From NCBI RefSeq assembly GCF_006345805.1, contig NC_043003.1, forward strand, positions 96,968,001 to 97,032,000: DNA of 64,000 bases, given 5' to 3'. How positions within the stretch are numbered: position 1 is the stretch's first letter; every line of letters begins with the position of its first letter. Positions 1 through 13,604 of this stretch are shown piece after piece. The notes beneath the pieces are model-generated. The model saw only the letters and a list, made by a program, of their open reading frames with translations. It had not been told where the DNA came from and searched no databases. Both the position numbers and the translations under genes were made by a program. The DNA is from Octopus sinensis (Eukaryota).

Positions 1-280
1 ACTTCACATATCTCTTTGTGAGCCTCAACAGATTTCTTGCCTTTACAGAAATAAAAAAAGTTAAATATGGCGAAAATGTTCGTTTTTGCACTCCATGTTA
101 AAACTGACACTGAACTAGCAGCTGTAAACAAAATTACACACTATTTGCTTCTAAAGTAAGCTAAAGAAACGGCTGTCAAATGTCAATAGGAAAAAAAATC
201 ATAACATTGACAAAAGTCTTTCAAAATAATTGCAACTCTAGCTATTTGAGAAAAACAAAAATTACTTTTTTGCCAACCCA

Positions 281-315
<35 letters not shown>

Positions 316-533
316 TGCCATAAGCAGTACAATTCTAAAGGAGGCCTCAAAAAACATTTTAAGGTCCACAAAGATCAGAAGCTTACTGCAGCTCTTAGTG
401 GTCTAAATCGGATATGCAATTTATGTGGATGTTTTTCAAAACATTGTCTTGTTTAAAAAGCCACATCAGACGTGTGTGTGTGTGTGTGTGTATGTACTGG
501 GGCTGCCCAAAATAATGGAAACACCTTAACATT

Positions 534-1090
534 TCAAACAAATTTATTTTGATATGGGGTTGGACCGCCTTCGGCAGTAATTACAGCTTGAATTCTAAGA
601 GGTACGCCTTCAACGTCGATATGTAAGATGGTACCATCTGGCAGTTTTATCTGATCTGGTATACTTTCTATCGTCTCTTGATTTGCTAAAACCAAGATTT
701 TGAAAGCCTGGCCTATCCAATTCTGTTGATCTAGGACGGCAATTTCCCAGATATTAATAACTTCAAAATTGTAGCAGATGGCTGACACCAGCCATTGAGC
801 TTCACTTTCAGAGAGCACATCTTTGATTTTTATTTTTGTGACCCTACGGTCTAGGTACGTAGGGATCATTACTATTTCATCAGACTCAAGTGATTCTATA
901 GAAAACGCTTTAGTTTGCTCCTCTGATTCAAATCTGACTTCGATTGTGGTAAATTTTTTGTCCCTTGTAATGTATTTTTTGTGTGCCCGTATGAGCCTTA
1001 AACATTTTTCAATTTTTTTGTTGATTTATGTTTTGGGAGTTTGTCGTTTGTAAATCTATTGTCTTGCATATAATTGTTTGTTTTTGTTTT
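534..1090 (-). pseudogene. Degenerate Tx1-type retrotransposon ORF1 fragment
   Basis: Minus-strand translation QTIICKTIDLQT..IEKCLRLIRAHKKYITRDKKFTTIEVRFESEEQ..MIPTYLDRRVTKIKI..QWLVSAI..NWIG..HIDVEG, then CNYC in another frame. It aligns by eye with the ORF1 at 28.9-29.9 kb (IEKCLG..RGKKFGTVEVR..WPSYKGRR..EWLATAI..NWRG..VIVEG..CYLC). Confidence 0.75.
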
Positions 1091-1619
1091 GTTAATATTT
1101 TCCAAAATGTGTTGTGGTGTGTTTAGCTTTATTGTATTAGCCTCCTTAGATAAAAGGTGTCTTGTTTTCATTAATTGTTGTGGTGCAAATGAAACAGCTC
1201 GTTTTCTTTGCCTCGAAACTGAAGCAAAGTTACTTTGTTCATGGTGGTGGTGGTGATGGTGGTGGTGGCAGTAGCGGAGACAGTGGTGGTGGCAATGGTA
1301 GTGGCAGTAGACATTTGTTCATTCTTCTTGCTTTCCCTTCCCACTTGCTTCCTTTGTTCGACTGTGTGTGTGAATGTGATTCAATGCATGGCCGCTTCAG
1401 CCAAGTTATCCATTTCTCAAGACAGACTTAAAAAATGTTTTCAAAATGGAATTTCAAATTCGAAAATACACTCGCAGGGGCTGGATTTTCGGAAGACCGA
1501 ATCAATCACATGAAAGCTGATGTTGTTAACCAACTGTTGACAAAAATTCAATATAACAAACATAAATGAATACAAGAAACTGTTTAGACTTACGCAGACG
1601 AAAACGATGCCGCCCAATC

Positions 1620-1701
<82 letters not shown>

Positions 1702-1915
1702 AGGATGGATGGATGGATGGATGGATGGATGGATGGATGGATGGATGGATGGATTGACGGATGGATAGATGGATGGATAGAGGGATGGATGGATGGATGG
1801 ATGGATGGATGGATGGATGGATGGATGGATGGATAGATGGACGGATGGATGGATAGATGGATGGATGGATGGATGGATGGATGGATGGACGGATGGACGG
1901 ACGGATGGATAGATG
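1620..1915. repeat. Compound (GATA)n/(GGAT)n microsatellite
   Basis: Directly visible tetranucleotide arrays. Confidence 0.95.
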
Positions 1916-2135
1916 GATCAATTGTAGAGTTCTATTACCATAGGAACAATCTGTGGATATAGAGATTAGCTGCTTCTCGGCTAACAAAATGATGTGTACC
2001 AACAGCGGTCCCATTAAACCAGAGTGTAGTGTGATTTCTCTATAAACGACTCCACAAGTATCATGTCAATATTCCGTGACCAGGAGGAAAGGCAGGCAGT
2101 ATTCAAATAATTCTTACTTCCATCAATTCTTACTT

Positions 2136-2319
<184 letters not shown>

Positions 2320-4089
2320 GGCTATATGTTGCAGAGGTTCGTACTTACCCTCATCTGCTAACTCAAGTACAGTTAAATGACTTAATATACGATCTGAAAT
2401 TAGCAAAAACAAATAAATAAATCTGTATGAATATTCAAACAGCATACTTCCCTATTTTTGACATCGTCATATGAAGTATTGGCTTTCTTTAGCAACAAAT
2501 GAATTTAATGCAATGCTATCAATGATCTGATGCTAGAAACTGACTGGGACTCTTTTCTGTGTGAAGAGTAGAAATTTTTCATCGATTCTAGTAAAATGAA
2601 TCGTAAAGCTGTTTTACAGCACAATTCCAGTGATAAACATTCTATACCTGTAACATATTCCGTTAACTTTATTTAAGCATGACTAATATAACATGACATA
2701 TGAACATAACATAGTGTGCATACGAATTATAAAGCGTGCGGAAAAGGATAAAAATTGATGTCTTTAGTTACACAAAACATGGACGCGTTTTCTTTTCTTT
2801 CCTTTTTTTTATATCAAATATGAATCCATTATCACTAATTCAGTAGGAAACTTTAGTTCCCATGACTGTAAAAGGGGAAAAAAGGATGTCGAATTTCTTA
2901 CCTATTATTATACACAAGAATGAAAAGCCCTTCGAAGTAAACTAAGAGTTACTTCAAGTAATATAAAAATAAATATTTCGCAGATGCAACAAGACTAAAA
3001 TTAAGTGTTGTAACAAAGAAATGAAAGAGCAGGAAGTATTCATATTGCTGAGTATACATATCCAATGTAAACACAAGTAAGAGCATGTTGCATAGAAAGA
3101 AATTATGTTATACGGACACTGATGTTTGCGTGTGTGGCGGTGGATGGGATTATTTCTGGACAACATACCTTGCTTCGGACAAAAGGACGTTGTCTGGGTA
3201 AATCACCAGTCTTCATAAGCAGATAGTTACTAGTAAAAGGAGAAGTGAAGCACTGGCCAAAATAACCGAACAGTTTTTTAAACAAAAATAAGACAAGTTT
3301 AAACATAAAGCTATTTGTTCAATCAATGATCAATGATATAATTACCGTTTCGTTCTGTTATCTTCTATTATCTTGTGGGCAGATCCATTATTCTCTGCTC
3401 AAAAAATTTCCTAACTTTACAAGCGAAAAACTTCAAAGTTGAAAAGTCTGTCCATTCAATAAAACTTGACGATACCGAAACAGGGGGAAATGTGAAGATG
3501 CAAGGTCAGGTAAAGATAGAAAGTGCAGCAAAATTTCCCAACGAAGCCCAATTAACTTCTGCGACGTCTGCTAAAAAGTGTGCAGTCTGGAATTGCCTTT
3601 ACGATTAGCAAATGCTGGATTCCTCTGATGGATCACTGCATTTAATTTATCCAGCAAGTCACAGTATACATCTAAATTGATGGTCTTGTTCGTGAGAAGA
3701 CAACACTCTTCCAATCCCACCAAACTGAAAGCATAACCTGTTCGGGGGGAAATCCTACTTTGGAGGTTGTTTGCGGTAGTTCGCCGCGCTTACCCCATGA
3801 TCATTTGCGTTTCATATTATTATAGACGATCCATATTTTCTCTTTGTCACCACTCGCTTCAAAGAGAAAAAAAAGAAAAAGAATCGTTTTCTTCACGTCT
3901 TTGCAACAAATCTCAGATGGAAAACCATTGGACGAGGATAGCCTCATTCAACTGATGAGGGATCTAAACATTGAGACCGCTGACGTAATCAATTCGATGC
4001 AGATGGTTTTCAACACTCGATTTGGATATTTGGGGATTATTTGGATCATTCTGGTCATATAATGGAGGGTTGGTATCGTTGTATCGTTG

Positions 4090-4340
4090 TTAATGTCAGT
4101 TGGTCAGCCAGAACCGAAAAATCTTGAACAGGAAAATTTCTCGATCGATATCTTGGAAATCACTTCTGACACACACATCCGAACCAGCATCCTCTCCATA
4201 CACAGCATATATCTTCCTGCAGATTTCCACTGTTTTCTTACCCTTGTTTTCAAGTAAAAAATGCATAAGTTGTCGATAATATTCGTTTTGGTTCTCCATT
4301 ATCTGGTTTATGCCTTGCACACAAAATATTACGTGTTTCA
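4090..4340 (-). mobile_element. Mariner transposase N-terminal (HTH) remnant
   Basis: MENQNEYYRQLMHFLLENKGKKTVEICRKIYAVYGEDA resembles the mariner N-terminal HTH (R..L.F....GK....I...YGE.A). No catalytic domain remains. Confidence 0.7.
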
Positions 4341-5276
4341 TCGTAAGTTCGCGTCGAACTATGTTGAAGTGTCAAGTACTTAACGAGAGCAGCCGGGACA
4401 GAACGTACGGAATCGTCTACAGTGTACTGAACTCTGAGAACAAGTTGAAAAAGAAGGCCAAACTAGTTGTTGCTTTGAGCTTTGTGTCACGATATTTGGA
4501 GCGACGTAAAGAAATTGTTACTGTAAAAAATACTGACAACGGCACTGACTCTGAGTCCGTCACTACTTTTGTGACAAAATATGGCCAGGATGTAACACCA
4601 AAGTAACCAGAAAGGATATGTGCTGGAGTGACACTTTCATGCACATAGAACTCTCAGCCACACCGAATATTGCAGAGCCAATTTGGAAATATACTTTGTT
4701 GGGAATACATAAAGAAAATCACGAGACGTGCTGCATGCTACACTTGTACCATTAAGCGCTACTCGAGAGCTTTCTAACATAAGATTTCGAAAGACAATGA
4801 AGATTAAGGCAGTAGAGACTGCAATAACAACACCGTCATTATCATAACCATCGACAACAGACACATACCATAATAGCTGCTTCTCCCGGAGCAACACTGG
4901 AATGGTGGAAGAAATCCTTTTAGTTTCAGTTCCAAGGATTAACGAACAGGACCTCCATTCGCAACCCTAACCAACAGCAGTACCTCATCGTTCTGCAATG
5001 ACGATAATGCGATGGAACATGATCAGGGATGATATATTGTCAGGAACATGAGGAAGAACGAGTCCATTGAGAAGATGTTGAGAGCAAACGGAAAGAAGAC
5101 AACGTCCTCTCAGAATAATCCAAGATGAAGAAACTTATCCTTTTCTACGAAGCCAAGCAAGCATGCAGTTTATTGAGGTGGTCTTAATATAAAATCACAT
5201 TCGCATAAGCTATTTACAGTATGATGCTTTCGGCATAATGCATAATATAAGAATATTTCAATAGGGTCAAAGACTA

Positions 5277-6112
5277 TATATGTGAGTGTATATATGATGC
5301 CCTGGCATTTTTGTATATCTACGTCTATGTGTTTCCATATGCATGGTACATACATACATCATACATACATACATACATACATACATACATACATACATAC
5401 ATACATACACACACACACATACACACATACATACATACATACATGCATACATACACACCTGGTCGTCTGTGTAATTGCGTGTATGAAAGACAAATCTAGA
5501 AAAAGTACTACTTGAATATATGTGAGTGTATATATGATGCCCTGGCATTTTTGTATATCTACGTCTATGTGTTTCCATATGCATGGTACATACATACATC
5601 ATACATACATACATACATACATACATACATACATACATACATACATACATACATACATACACACACACACATACACACATACATACATACATACATACAT
5701 ACATACGTAAGTAAGTATGTATGTATGTGTGTGTGTGTGAGTGTACATATACATACGCAGATAGAGAGAATAGAAAAGATATATATATATATATATATAA
5801 ATATAGTTAAACAGACAGACAGACAGACAGATAACCTGCTAGCTAGCTAGGTAGGTAGATAGATAGATAGATAGAATAGAAAAGATGCATAAATTGATAA
5901 ATAGATAGGTAGATACATACACACATATATGCATGCATACATGCATACATACATACATACCCACATACATACATACATACATACATACATACATACATAC
6001 ATACACACATACATACATACATACATACATACATACATGCATACATACACACCTGGTCGTCTGTGTAATTGCGTGTATGAAAGACAAATCTAGAAAAAGT
6101 ACTACTTGAATA
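5277..6112. repeat. Local tandem duplication of a ~240-bp unit, with the second copy expanded by microsatellites
   Basis: atatgtgagtgtatatatgatgccctggc... starts at ~5277 and ~5517. cctggtcgtctgtgtaattgcg...tacttgaatat ends at ~5518 and ~6112. Confidence 0.85.
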
Positions 6113-6929
6113 TGACTTTTAACTTTTAACTTTGTTCTGTGGCAATCAAACCATGAATGGGAATATGCAACATCTGAGACAAAAACGAGAAAGATATTGC
6201 TAAAGTTAAAACTATTTTAGTTCCGTATTATATATTAAGTAAGCCATTGTACGAAAAGCCTTCATAATCCAATATGCACATAATCATAATATTTCAAGAG
6301 ATATTTAAAGAAAATTATGGCTGACATCTTCATTAGAGCGCTCATAAGACGTCTATACATTCAGACAGCTGATTTGTCTATTGTATGGCCTTTTCAGCAT
6401 GTTTTCTTCAATATCTGTCCTACGGCCGATCAACATATTCCTGCAATGAAATATATAAAATATACACAAAATGTTATGAGGACTATATATTAATATATAT
6501 ATATATATATATATTGAGAAAGAAATATATAACATAAATTCGTTTTACAAACGCACACAGGATATAGATATTAAGAGAGAATCATTCCGGCTTACTATTC
6601 TTTTTAAAATTAATATTCAACGAATGTATTTTCTTTCCGCCTACTAATGACATTAGTTCGATGCTGACAGCAAAAGTATACTTAAATCCTATGTGTATGC
6701 GCGTGTGCATATGTACGTGTGTGTATGAGTGTGTGTATGTGTATATGTGTATGTGTGCGTGTATGTGTGTGTGTGAGAGGGAGTGTGTGTGTGTCCGTCT
6801 GTGTGTTTCGTGCAAGTTTCTGCACGAAATCGTAAAAAATTACCTCAAAGCTGACAGCAAGCGTTTATACATACGTTTTACCTGCATACACACATATTTA
6901 CATACTTACACACACACACACATACACAC

Positions 6930-6977
<48 letters not shown>

Positions 6978-7047
6978 TAATATATATATATATATATATG
7001 TAACAATGATAAATCTCAGAGCGAGTTATAAACAGTAGCGGTAACAC

Positions 7048-7340
7048 ATCGTGACGCATATTTGCCATTTGAATATGGCTAACCCATAAGGGTGGATGCT
7101 ACTGTAGTTTGTAGCCCCAGGAAGATATCTCCTCCAGCTGGCTATAGACACACTATCTGTGTCCTCTCAGTATTTGTGAGGGGAGTCATCGGGGAGGATG
7201 ACTCCCCTTCACAAATACTGAGAGAACACAGATAGTGTGTCTATAGCCAGCTGGAGGAGATATCTTCCTGGGGCTACAAACTACAGTAGCATCCACCCTT
7301 ATGGGTTAGCCATATTCAAATGGCAAATATGCGTCACGAT
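7048..7340. repeat. 293-bp near-perfect palindrome (foldback)
   Basis: Arms 7048-7190 and 7197-7340 with a 6-nt loop (ggggag). I find one mismatch and one 1-nt indel. The right end abuts (TA)n. Confidence 0.95.
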
Positions 7341-7441
7341 ATATATATGTGTATATATATATATATACATATATACATACATGCATACATACATGTATAT
7401 ATATATATATTTGTATATGCGGATGTGAGTATATCTGTGTG

Positions 7442-7537
<96 letters not shown>

Positions 7538-8034
7538 ATCTTTCCCTATCTATATATGTATGCATGTATATTCATTCATGTATGCTATTCAGTTTTATTT
7601 CAAGATTTCTTGCCAATAGAGAAAGAGTCGGTTTCTAACCTAAATGTAACCTCATTCGTTGGAATTTCAGCAACATTAACACGGTATTTGTGTATGTGTG
7701 TGTGTAGATGTTAGTATTTGGAGTTAGTGTACGTGCAGATTTGTATGTTTTGTTTTATGTTTGTATTCTCATGAATATACTTGCATGTCTAGACATGCGC
7801 ATAAATACTGGAAAGTTTTGACAAATTTTTACTGTTTCATTAATGACTTGAATCTATAATCTTCTAATTAGCTTTCTCCTTTCTGGTTCTGAGAAGCTTA
7901 ATTTCCTAAGATTGATATTTAGGTGGTTTGTTACGTATCTCAGTGCCCCAGAAATCACAAGTATAAACCTGAACTTGTAATTCCAGTAGTGTAACTCCAA
8001 ACTTCTCAATAGTTCAGCGAAGGTGTTTTCTTTT

Positions 8035-9545
8035 TCACTGATCTTTAGCTTTATGTTGATATCCTGGGCACCTGATTTCCACCGCTGTACACAGTTTCTC
8101 TTCTCTGACCCAAATTAACATTGGTAACATTTTCCTGGGACATTCCACCAATACTTTTATATTATGAGTGGCTATGGCCTCTAATATACTGTGGGCTCTC
8201 ATCTCTTTGACCTCAGGATTATCCTTCTGACAGATCGTATTACACAGTGTCTTAGTTACGTCATGTATCATCGGTAGATAACAACGCGATGGCAATTTTA
8301 GTCAAATGCTTATGATCAGGATAATATTTTCAGTGTTAACCCCACAAAGTCTGCATCGGTTATTGCATTTTAGTGTTTTGTCCTGCATCTCTATCCCTTT
8401 TGTACAGCAGGTATTTGGTTGCTACTTCCTGTTCCTGGATTGAAAACGCATATCCCTCAAAGTGAGAGCTAGTAATCTTGTTGTTGGTCCAGAATAGACT
8501 GCTTTGAATATCAATGTTACTGTCTTCCTGGACCTTTCTGATAACATATCCATGCATGGTCTTCCGTTGATATACGCTCGTCCTTTTTTCTGATAATGCG
8601 TTGCAACTTGGGCATGTATTCAAGGTTATCAGACAAGTAATCTTGCTCGAGGAACTGATTTCCAAATCTCATGATGTAATTTGCCTCGTGTATGTAAACT
8701 TGGTCAAGGGATGTACTTCGACATTTGGTACTGAAGGAATATAATATGACATTCAAAGGTAGTCAGGATATTGCTGTTGATGTTGGTCAATACCTTCCGA
8801 GTTTTCAAATCAATGGGTCGGATATCATCAAGTGTCCATCAAGCAGCCCACATATTGGAATGAGTACTTGTACTGCAAACACTTTGTGAGTCACTGTTTT
8901 ATTGAATTCAGAGAGTTCCAAGTTCCATATTTCACTTATCCGGCTGTAATATTTTTTAGTGACACGTGCCTTGTTACCGGTACTACCATAAGATATGTCT
9001 TTATTTATCCCTAGGTACTTGTAACATTCCTTATCAGCTAAAGCGATGGAGATACGGCTAGTCTGGTTTACAGTTTTCCCTCTTTTCACAACCATATAGC
9101 AACATTTATCTTGACCAAGCTCCAACCCTATATCCTTCGAAAATGTTGTAACCCGGTCAAGACTACTTTTCATCTCATGCATACTCTTCACATGCAGTTT
9201 CAAGTCGTCCACAAAAAAGCAGTGTGTAATTTTGATCTTTCTGTCTCTCTGTGAACTAGTGAGACATCCTTCAGATTTCCTCAACATAAATGACAAGGAG
9301 TTAACTGAAACCACGAACAGCATCACAGAAATGCTCTCCCTTGGATTATACCCCTTTGATATTGTATTTATCAGTGATAATATACTCACTCCTTGTATTT
9401 AAGTTCGAGATGGTGGCCTACGATGAATTCAGATCAGCGATGGCTTTGACTACGCTTTCTGGAACTTTAGTAAGTCGAAAGGCTTCTAGCATCCTTGAGT
9501 GAGGGACAGTTTGGACCATTATTTTGATACGAAAGACTGAAGCAT
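8035..9545 (-). mobile_element. R4/Dong-like (RLE-type) non-LTR retrotransposon remnant: RT to C-terminal region
   Basis: Fragments in the expected order: TVPHSRMLEAFRLTKVP; ITHCFFVDDLKL (FVDD); FSKDIGLELGQDKC; YKYLGI; FEGYAFSIQEQEVATKY; IHDVTKTL and a degenerate endonuclease region. Multiple stops and frameshifts. Confidence 0.8.
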
Positions 9546-9562
9546 TCACCAAAGCAATATAT

Positions 9563-9618
<56 letters not shown>

Positions 9619-10095
9619 GCGAGAAAGAAGCAACAAGAATGGATAGGTTTTTAGTACAATCGTTTCATACAAGGACAGGCTTTATTAAAAGTTGTAAAAA
9701 TTACAGCATATAAACGTGTCCCGTACTCATCAGCTAAAATACATGTGAGTTCTCTAGACATCCTAGTGGTTGAGGCTATACTCATGAAGTAATGTAGATA
9801 ATTAAGTAACATAAACAGATTTCCAAAGTTCATTTTTAAAATTCTGTGATAAGACTGTACATCATCTTTAAAGAACTTTAATGAACTTTGGAAATCTGTT
9901 TATGTTACTTAATTATCTACATTACTTCATGAGTATAGCCTCAACCACTAGGATGTCTAGAGAACTCACATGTATTTTAGCTGATGAGTACGGGACACGT
10001 TTATATGCTGTAATTTTTACAACTTTTAATAAAGCCTGTCCTTGTATGAAACGATTGTACTAAAAACCTATCCATTCTTGTTGCTTCTTTCTCGC
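9619..10095. repeat. Perfect 216-bp inverted repeat with 45-bp spacer (Penelope pseudo-LTR-like)
   Basis: Arms 9619-9834 and 9880-10095. The ORF track gives identical 60-aa peptides on opposite strands. Confidence 0.95.
9975..10065 (+). ncRNA. Type I hammerhead ribozyme motif (mirror copy 9649-9739 on minus)
   Basis: Stem I UUUUAG/CUAAAA; core CUGAUGA at 9981-9987; stem II GUAC-GGGAC/GUCC-UU-GUAU; GAAA at 10048-10051; stem III AC-GAUU-GU; GUA cleavage triplet at 10057-10059. Confidence 0.75.
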
Positions 10096-10213
10096 TTATA
10101 ATCACCCCACATTACTGTATTGTTAAAACAGTATAGTTTTTTTGGTGCATCTAAGTTAGGTACCATATTCAAGTAAATTCATTTAAATTAACTTGAATCT
10201 TTATTGCTTTTTG

Positions 10214-10244
<31 letters not shown>

Positions 10245-11884
10245 TATATATAATATATATATATATAGCACAACGAAGTCACCACGTCATGGCTAAATAA
10301 CACACTAGCTGCTCATACAGCTACTTGACATAATCAAAAGGCTAAAACAACCTAAATTTGGACTCGACATTCATCATTCATGTCTATAAGCAGACTCTCA
10401 GAAGAAATGCTTTGTTGTATTTCTTCTAGCAATTTACACTGAGTTTTATATTTCAAGTCTAGCAATTTAGTTTTTAACTTCAGAGAAAGTTCCCTGTTTT
10501 GAGTTTTCATTGATGGTCAGATTCTTTTGACTTCAGGTTCATCATTAAGGCATGCTTGAGTGTTGGAGCCTGACTTTTCTTCAGATTTAGTTTCTTGACT
10601 CCTGAATATTTATTGTAGACTCTATGTTGAAGTATTGTCTTACAAAGTGAAATAGTTGCAGTTATCTTTCTTAGGTAACATGTCAAAGCGTTCTGTGAGA
10701 TATTTTGTATCCTTGTAGCTTTCAAAATTTCGGGATCGTACATGATCTGAGACAGGGTGTGTTGAAACTGACGTAGTTACACCGTAAAGACCCGATTAAT
10801 AACATACAAAGCTTTAAAATTAATTTCAAATTTCAATAAATGTCAACTGATGCAATCCCACTATTGCTTCAAAGTCAGTGAGTAACCAGTTCTTACAAAG
10901 CTAAGGGTTCTTTCCTTGATAAAACTAGTTCTTTTCTGTGTTTTTTTTTTATTTCCATTTAATTTCTCTACTGCCTGTTGAGTTTAGAAACGTGTGTGTT
11001 TATTTATTCATTTCTATTAAAAGAGCAAAGAACAAGTTCGAAATTATTGTTAAATATGATGCCAATTGGATATGCCCTGTATAACGCAGCACATTTTAGA
11101 ATAAAGTAGTTAGGAACAGTAATAAGAGGAGAAAGATCAGCAAGAATTTAGTAATCTTACTATAATGGGCATTATATCCATATGTCTGTCCATCTGTCCG
11201 TCTGTCAGTCTGTTCCCTCTTCACGGTCAAACTGATGAAAAAATGGTCATGATATTTCTCGGAATTACGAAGGAAGTAATCAGTAAGGTTTTTAGCGAAA
11301 AAATGTGAAAAACTTTGATTATTTAGTGGATATTAAGTTTTGTATTAATAAATCACCTTTGATTTTTTTTTTGTTAGAGTTCCGGTACGAGGATTAACTC
11401 TGTGATCCTCGCCCCGTAAGTTCATGAATTTAGAGGGTTTAGATTTGCAATACTATTCTTTTATTTCCCATCGTAGATGAGCCGACTTCCTATCTTACTA
11501 TAATGGGCGCCTGTCCGTCTGATCGTTTTATTGGATATACTATAAAAAATTATATCATATATACATGCCACATGAAAGTAGTTATATAATTATTTCTTTG
11601 TCTTTAGGGCTATTAGTGTTTGTTTATATAGCATAGTTGATAGAGTGTAGGCCGAAGTCCTTTATGGTGTTTTCGGTTACGAGCGCTTACATTTCGAGTT
11701 CGAATCTCACCCAAGTACAACTAACTTTCTGTTTTTAATCATTTTTCATTCGAAAAAGTAAGTACTGGTTTGAATTTATCGACTATCTCTTAGAAATCTG
11801 TGAACCGATATGGTCACAGTCCACTGATTAAAACCCGTAGCAGAAAGAATGAGAAAGAAAAAATGGTAAACAGTCAATTGTTAT

Positions 11885-12110
11885 GACTTTTACCTTTTAC
11901 TTGTTTCAAGACTGCGACTATGCTGGGGTATCACTTTGGAGGGTTTTAGCTGAACGAATCGACCCCAGTACTTATTTTTTAAGCCTGGTACTTATTCTGT
12001 CGGTCTCTTATGCTAAACCGTTAAGTTATAGAGATGGAAATAAACCAACACCGGTTGTAAAGCTGTAGTGAGGGACGAACACGAACACAAAGCCACTCAC
12101 ACATACACAC
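11885..12110 (-). mobile_element. SINE 3' half (same family as 13190-13604)
   Basis: Degenerate reverse complement of the tail of the 13.2-kb SINE. Confidence 0.75.
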
Positions 12111-13189
12111 ACACACGACGTGTAAAGGCGAAAGATTTATCTGCAATGAAGTGAAGTGAAAACAGAATAAATGAATAAATAAGTAAATAAATAAATATAA
12201 CGCGTTGCTCTTATTTGTTTGACTTGGCCCATTTCTCACGAATAGGTCACCCACTATTACAGGATAATCTACTGACACAATACACAACTGTTCTCTTGAT
12301 ATGTTCCGTCAGTTGATACAAAACTATTTAGCTGAAAATTTCTCTAAACAGACGTTTAGAAAAAAAAAAAAAAAAAAAAAGAAAGATTACTGCCTGACAA
12401 AAACAAAAGAACTCTGCGCTAAATTATTTGCTGTATTTAGGTTTCCCCAACTCCCCAGCATCCAAATCCAAATATAACCGATGTTAAACTATTCTTTTCA
12501 ATTCTTCGATGTTCTCCGATGTTAATAGAATAAGGAGGGCAGCTGGTAATTCAGTCTGTAGACAGAATATGTCGCGAAACATATTAACCGCAGCTCTGTT
12601 AGAAACTAACTGTTACAGTTTATACGCCTACGTTCACACATAAACAGAGCCATGGATACACACACACACACACACACACGCACACATATACACACATACA
12701 TATACACACATACAAAGTTGATTTGAATAAAGAAAACAGCGTTTTCAGAACTTTAAAATAAGAATCCCAACCTAGAAAGTGGCTACGTTTGAAAATATCG
12801 TTAGACATAAAATACATTTATTTGCAGGGTTTTGTGGTAAAGTAATTCATCCCCTAAAATTTATGATCCTGTTCTTCAGACGTCAAGCCTAGTAGATAGG
12901 CGGAAGCAAAGAGTATCAGGAAAATTTTCTCTGATATATAATTGCGTTCTTCTTATGTCCTCTTTACAAATCCCTTTTCATCCTTCTGAGAGACGCGTTA
13001 ACACTATCGATAAGGTAATCGAACTATGATTAGAATGACCGCATGGCTGAGGAGTTAAGAAATTCAATTTGTACTCACGAGATTCCAATATAGATCTCAT
13101 GCGTAGGATCCTGTGAAAGAAAAATTCAAAGGGCCACCCTTGTCACAGCAAAATTCAAACGATCACACATAGAATAAAAGTATCATATA

Positions 13190-13604
13190 GGCGCGGGAGC
13201 GGCTGTGTGGTAAGTAGCTTGCTTACCAACCACATGGTTCCGGGTTCAGTCCCACTGCGTGGCACCTTGGGCAAGTGTCTTCTACTATAGCCTCGGGCCG
13301 ACCAAAGCCTTGTGAGTGGATTTGGTAGACGGAAACTGACAGAAGCCTGTCGTATATGTGTATATATATATATATATGTGTGTGTGTGTATGTGTGTGTG
13401 TCTGTGTTTGTCCCCCCAACTTCGCTTGATAACCGATGCTAGTGTGTTTCCATCCCCGTCACTTAGCGGTTCGGCAAAAGAGACCGATAGAATAAGGACT
13501 GGGCTTACAAAGAATAAGTGCTAGGGTCAATTTGTTCAACTAAAGGCGGTGCTCCAGCATGGCCGCAGTCAAATGGCTGAAACAAGTAAAAGAGTAAGAG
13601 AGTA
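13190..13604 (+). mobile_element. tRNA-derived SINE, full length
   Basis: tRNA-like head with A/B-box-like motifs (gctgtgtggtaag; ggttcagtccc), CORE-like ccttgggcaagtgtctt, internal (TA)/(TG) tract and a ...aacaagtaaaagagtaagagag tail. Homologues at 47.9-48.3 and 63.6-64.0 kb. Confidence 0.9.

Noticed and set aside
2880-4070. Non-repetitive-looking block with short ORFs
   Set aside because: No recognisable motifs. A possible hAT-like IPCF stretch is too weak to call.
4350-5160. GC-richer block with several 75-100-aa ORFs
   Set aside because: I recognise no domain or splice structure. It may be a decayed repeat and needs a BLASTx search.
11378-11415. Exon candidate with a strong acceptor and GTAAGT donor
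   Set aside because: It is 38 nt with a stop in the phase used by the other candidates. It sits in a probable repeat (tcttactataatggg starts at ~11154 and ~11493) and contains a cgaggat/atcctcg hairpin more typical of a transposon.
13190-13260. tRNA-like sequences here and at 20402, 30974, 39485 and 59398
   Set aside because: They have A/B boxes but no complete cloverleaf, and they continue into SINE bodies present in several copies. They are SINE heads, not tRNA genes.
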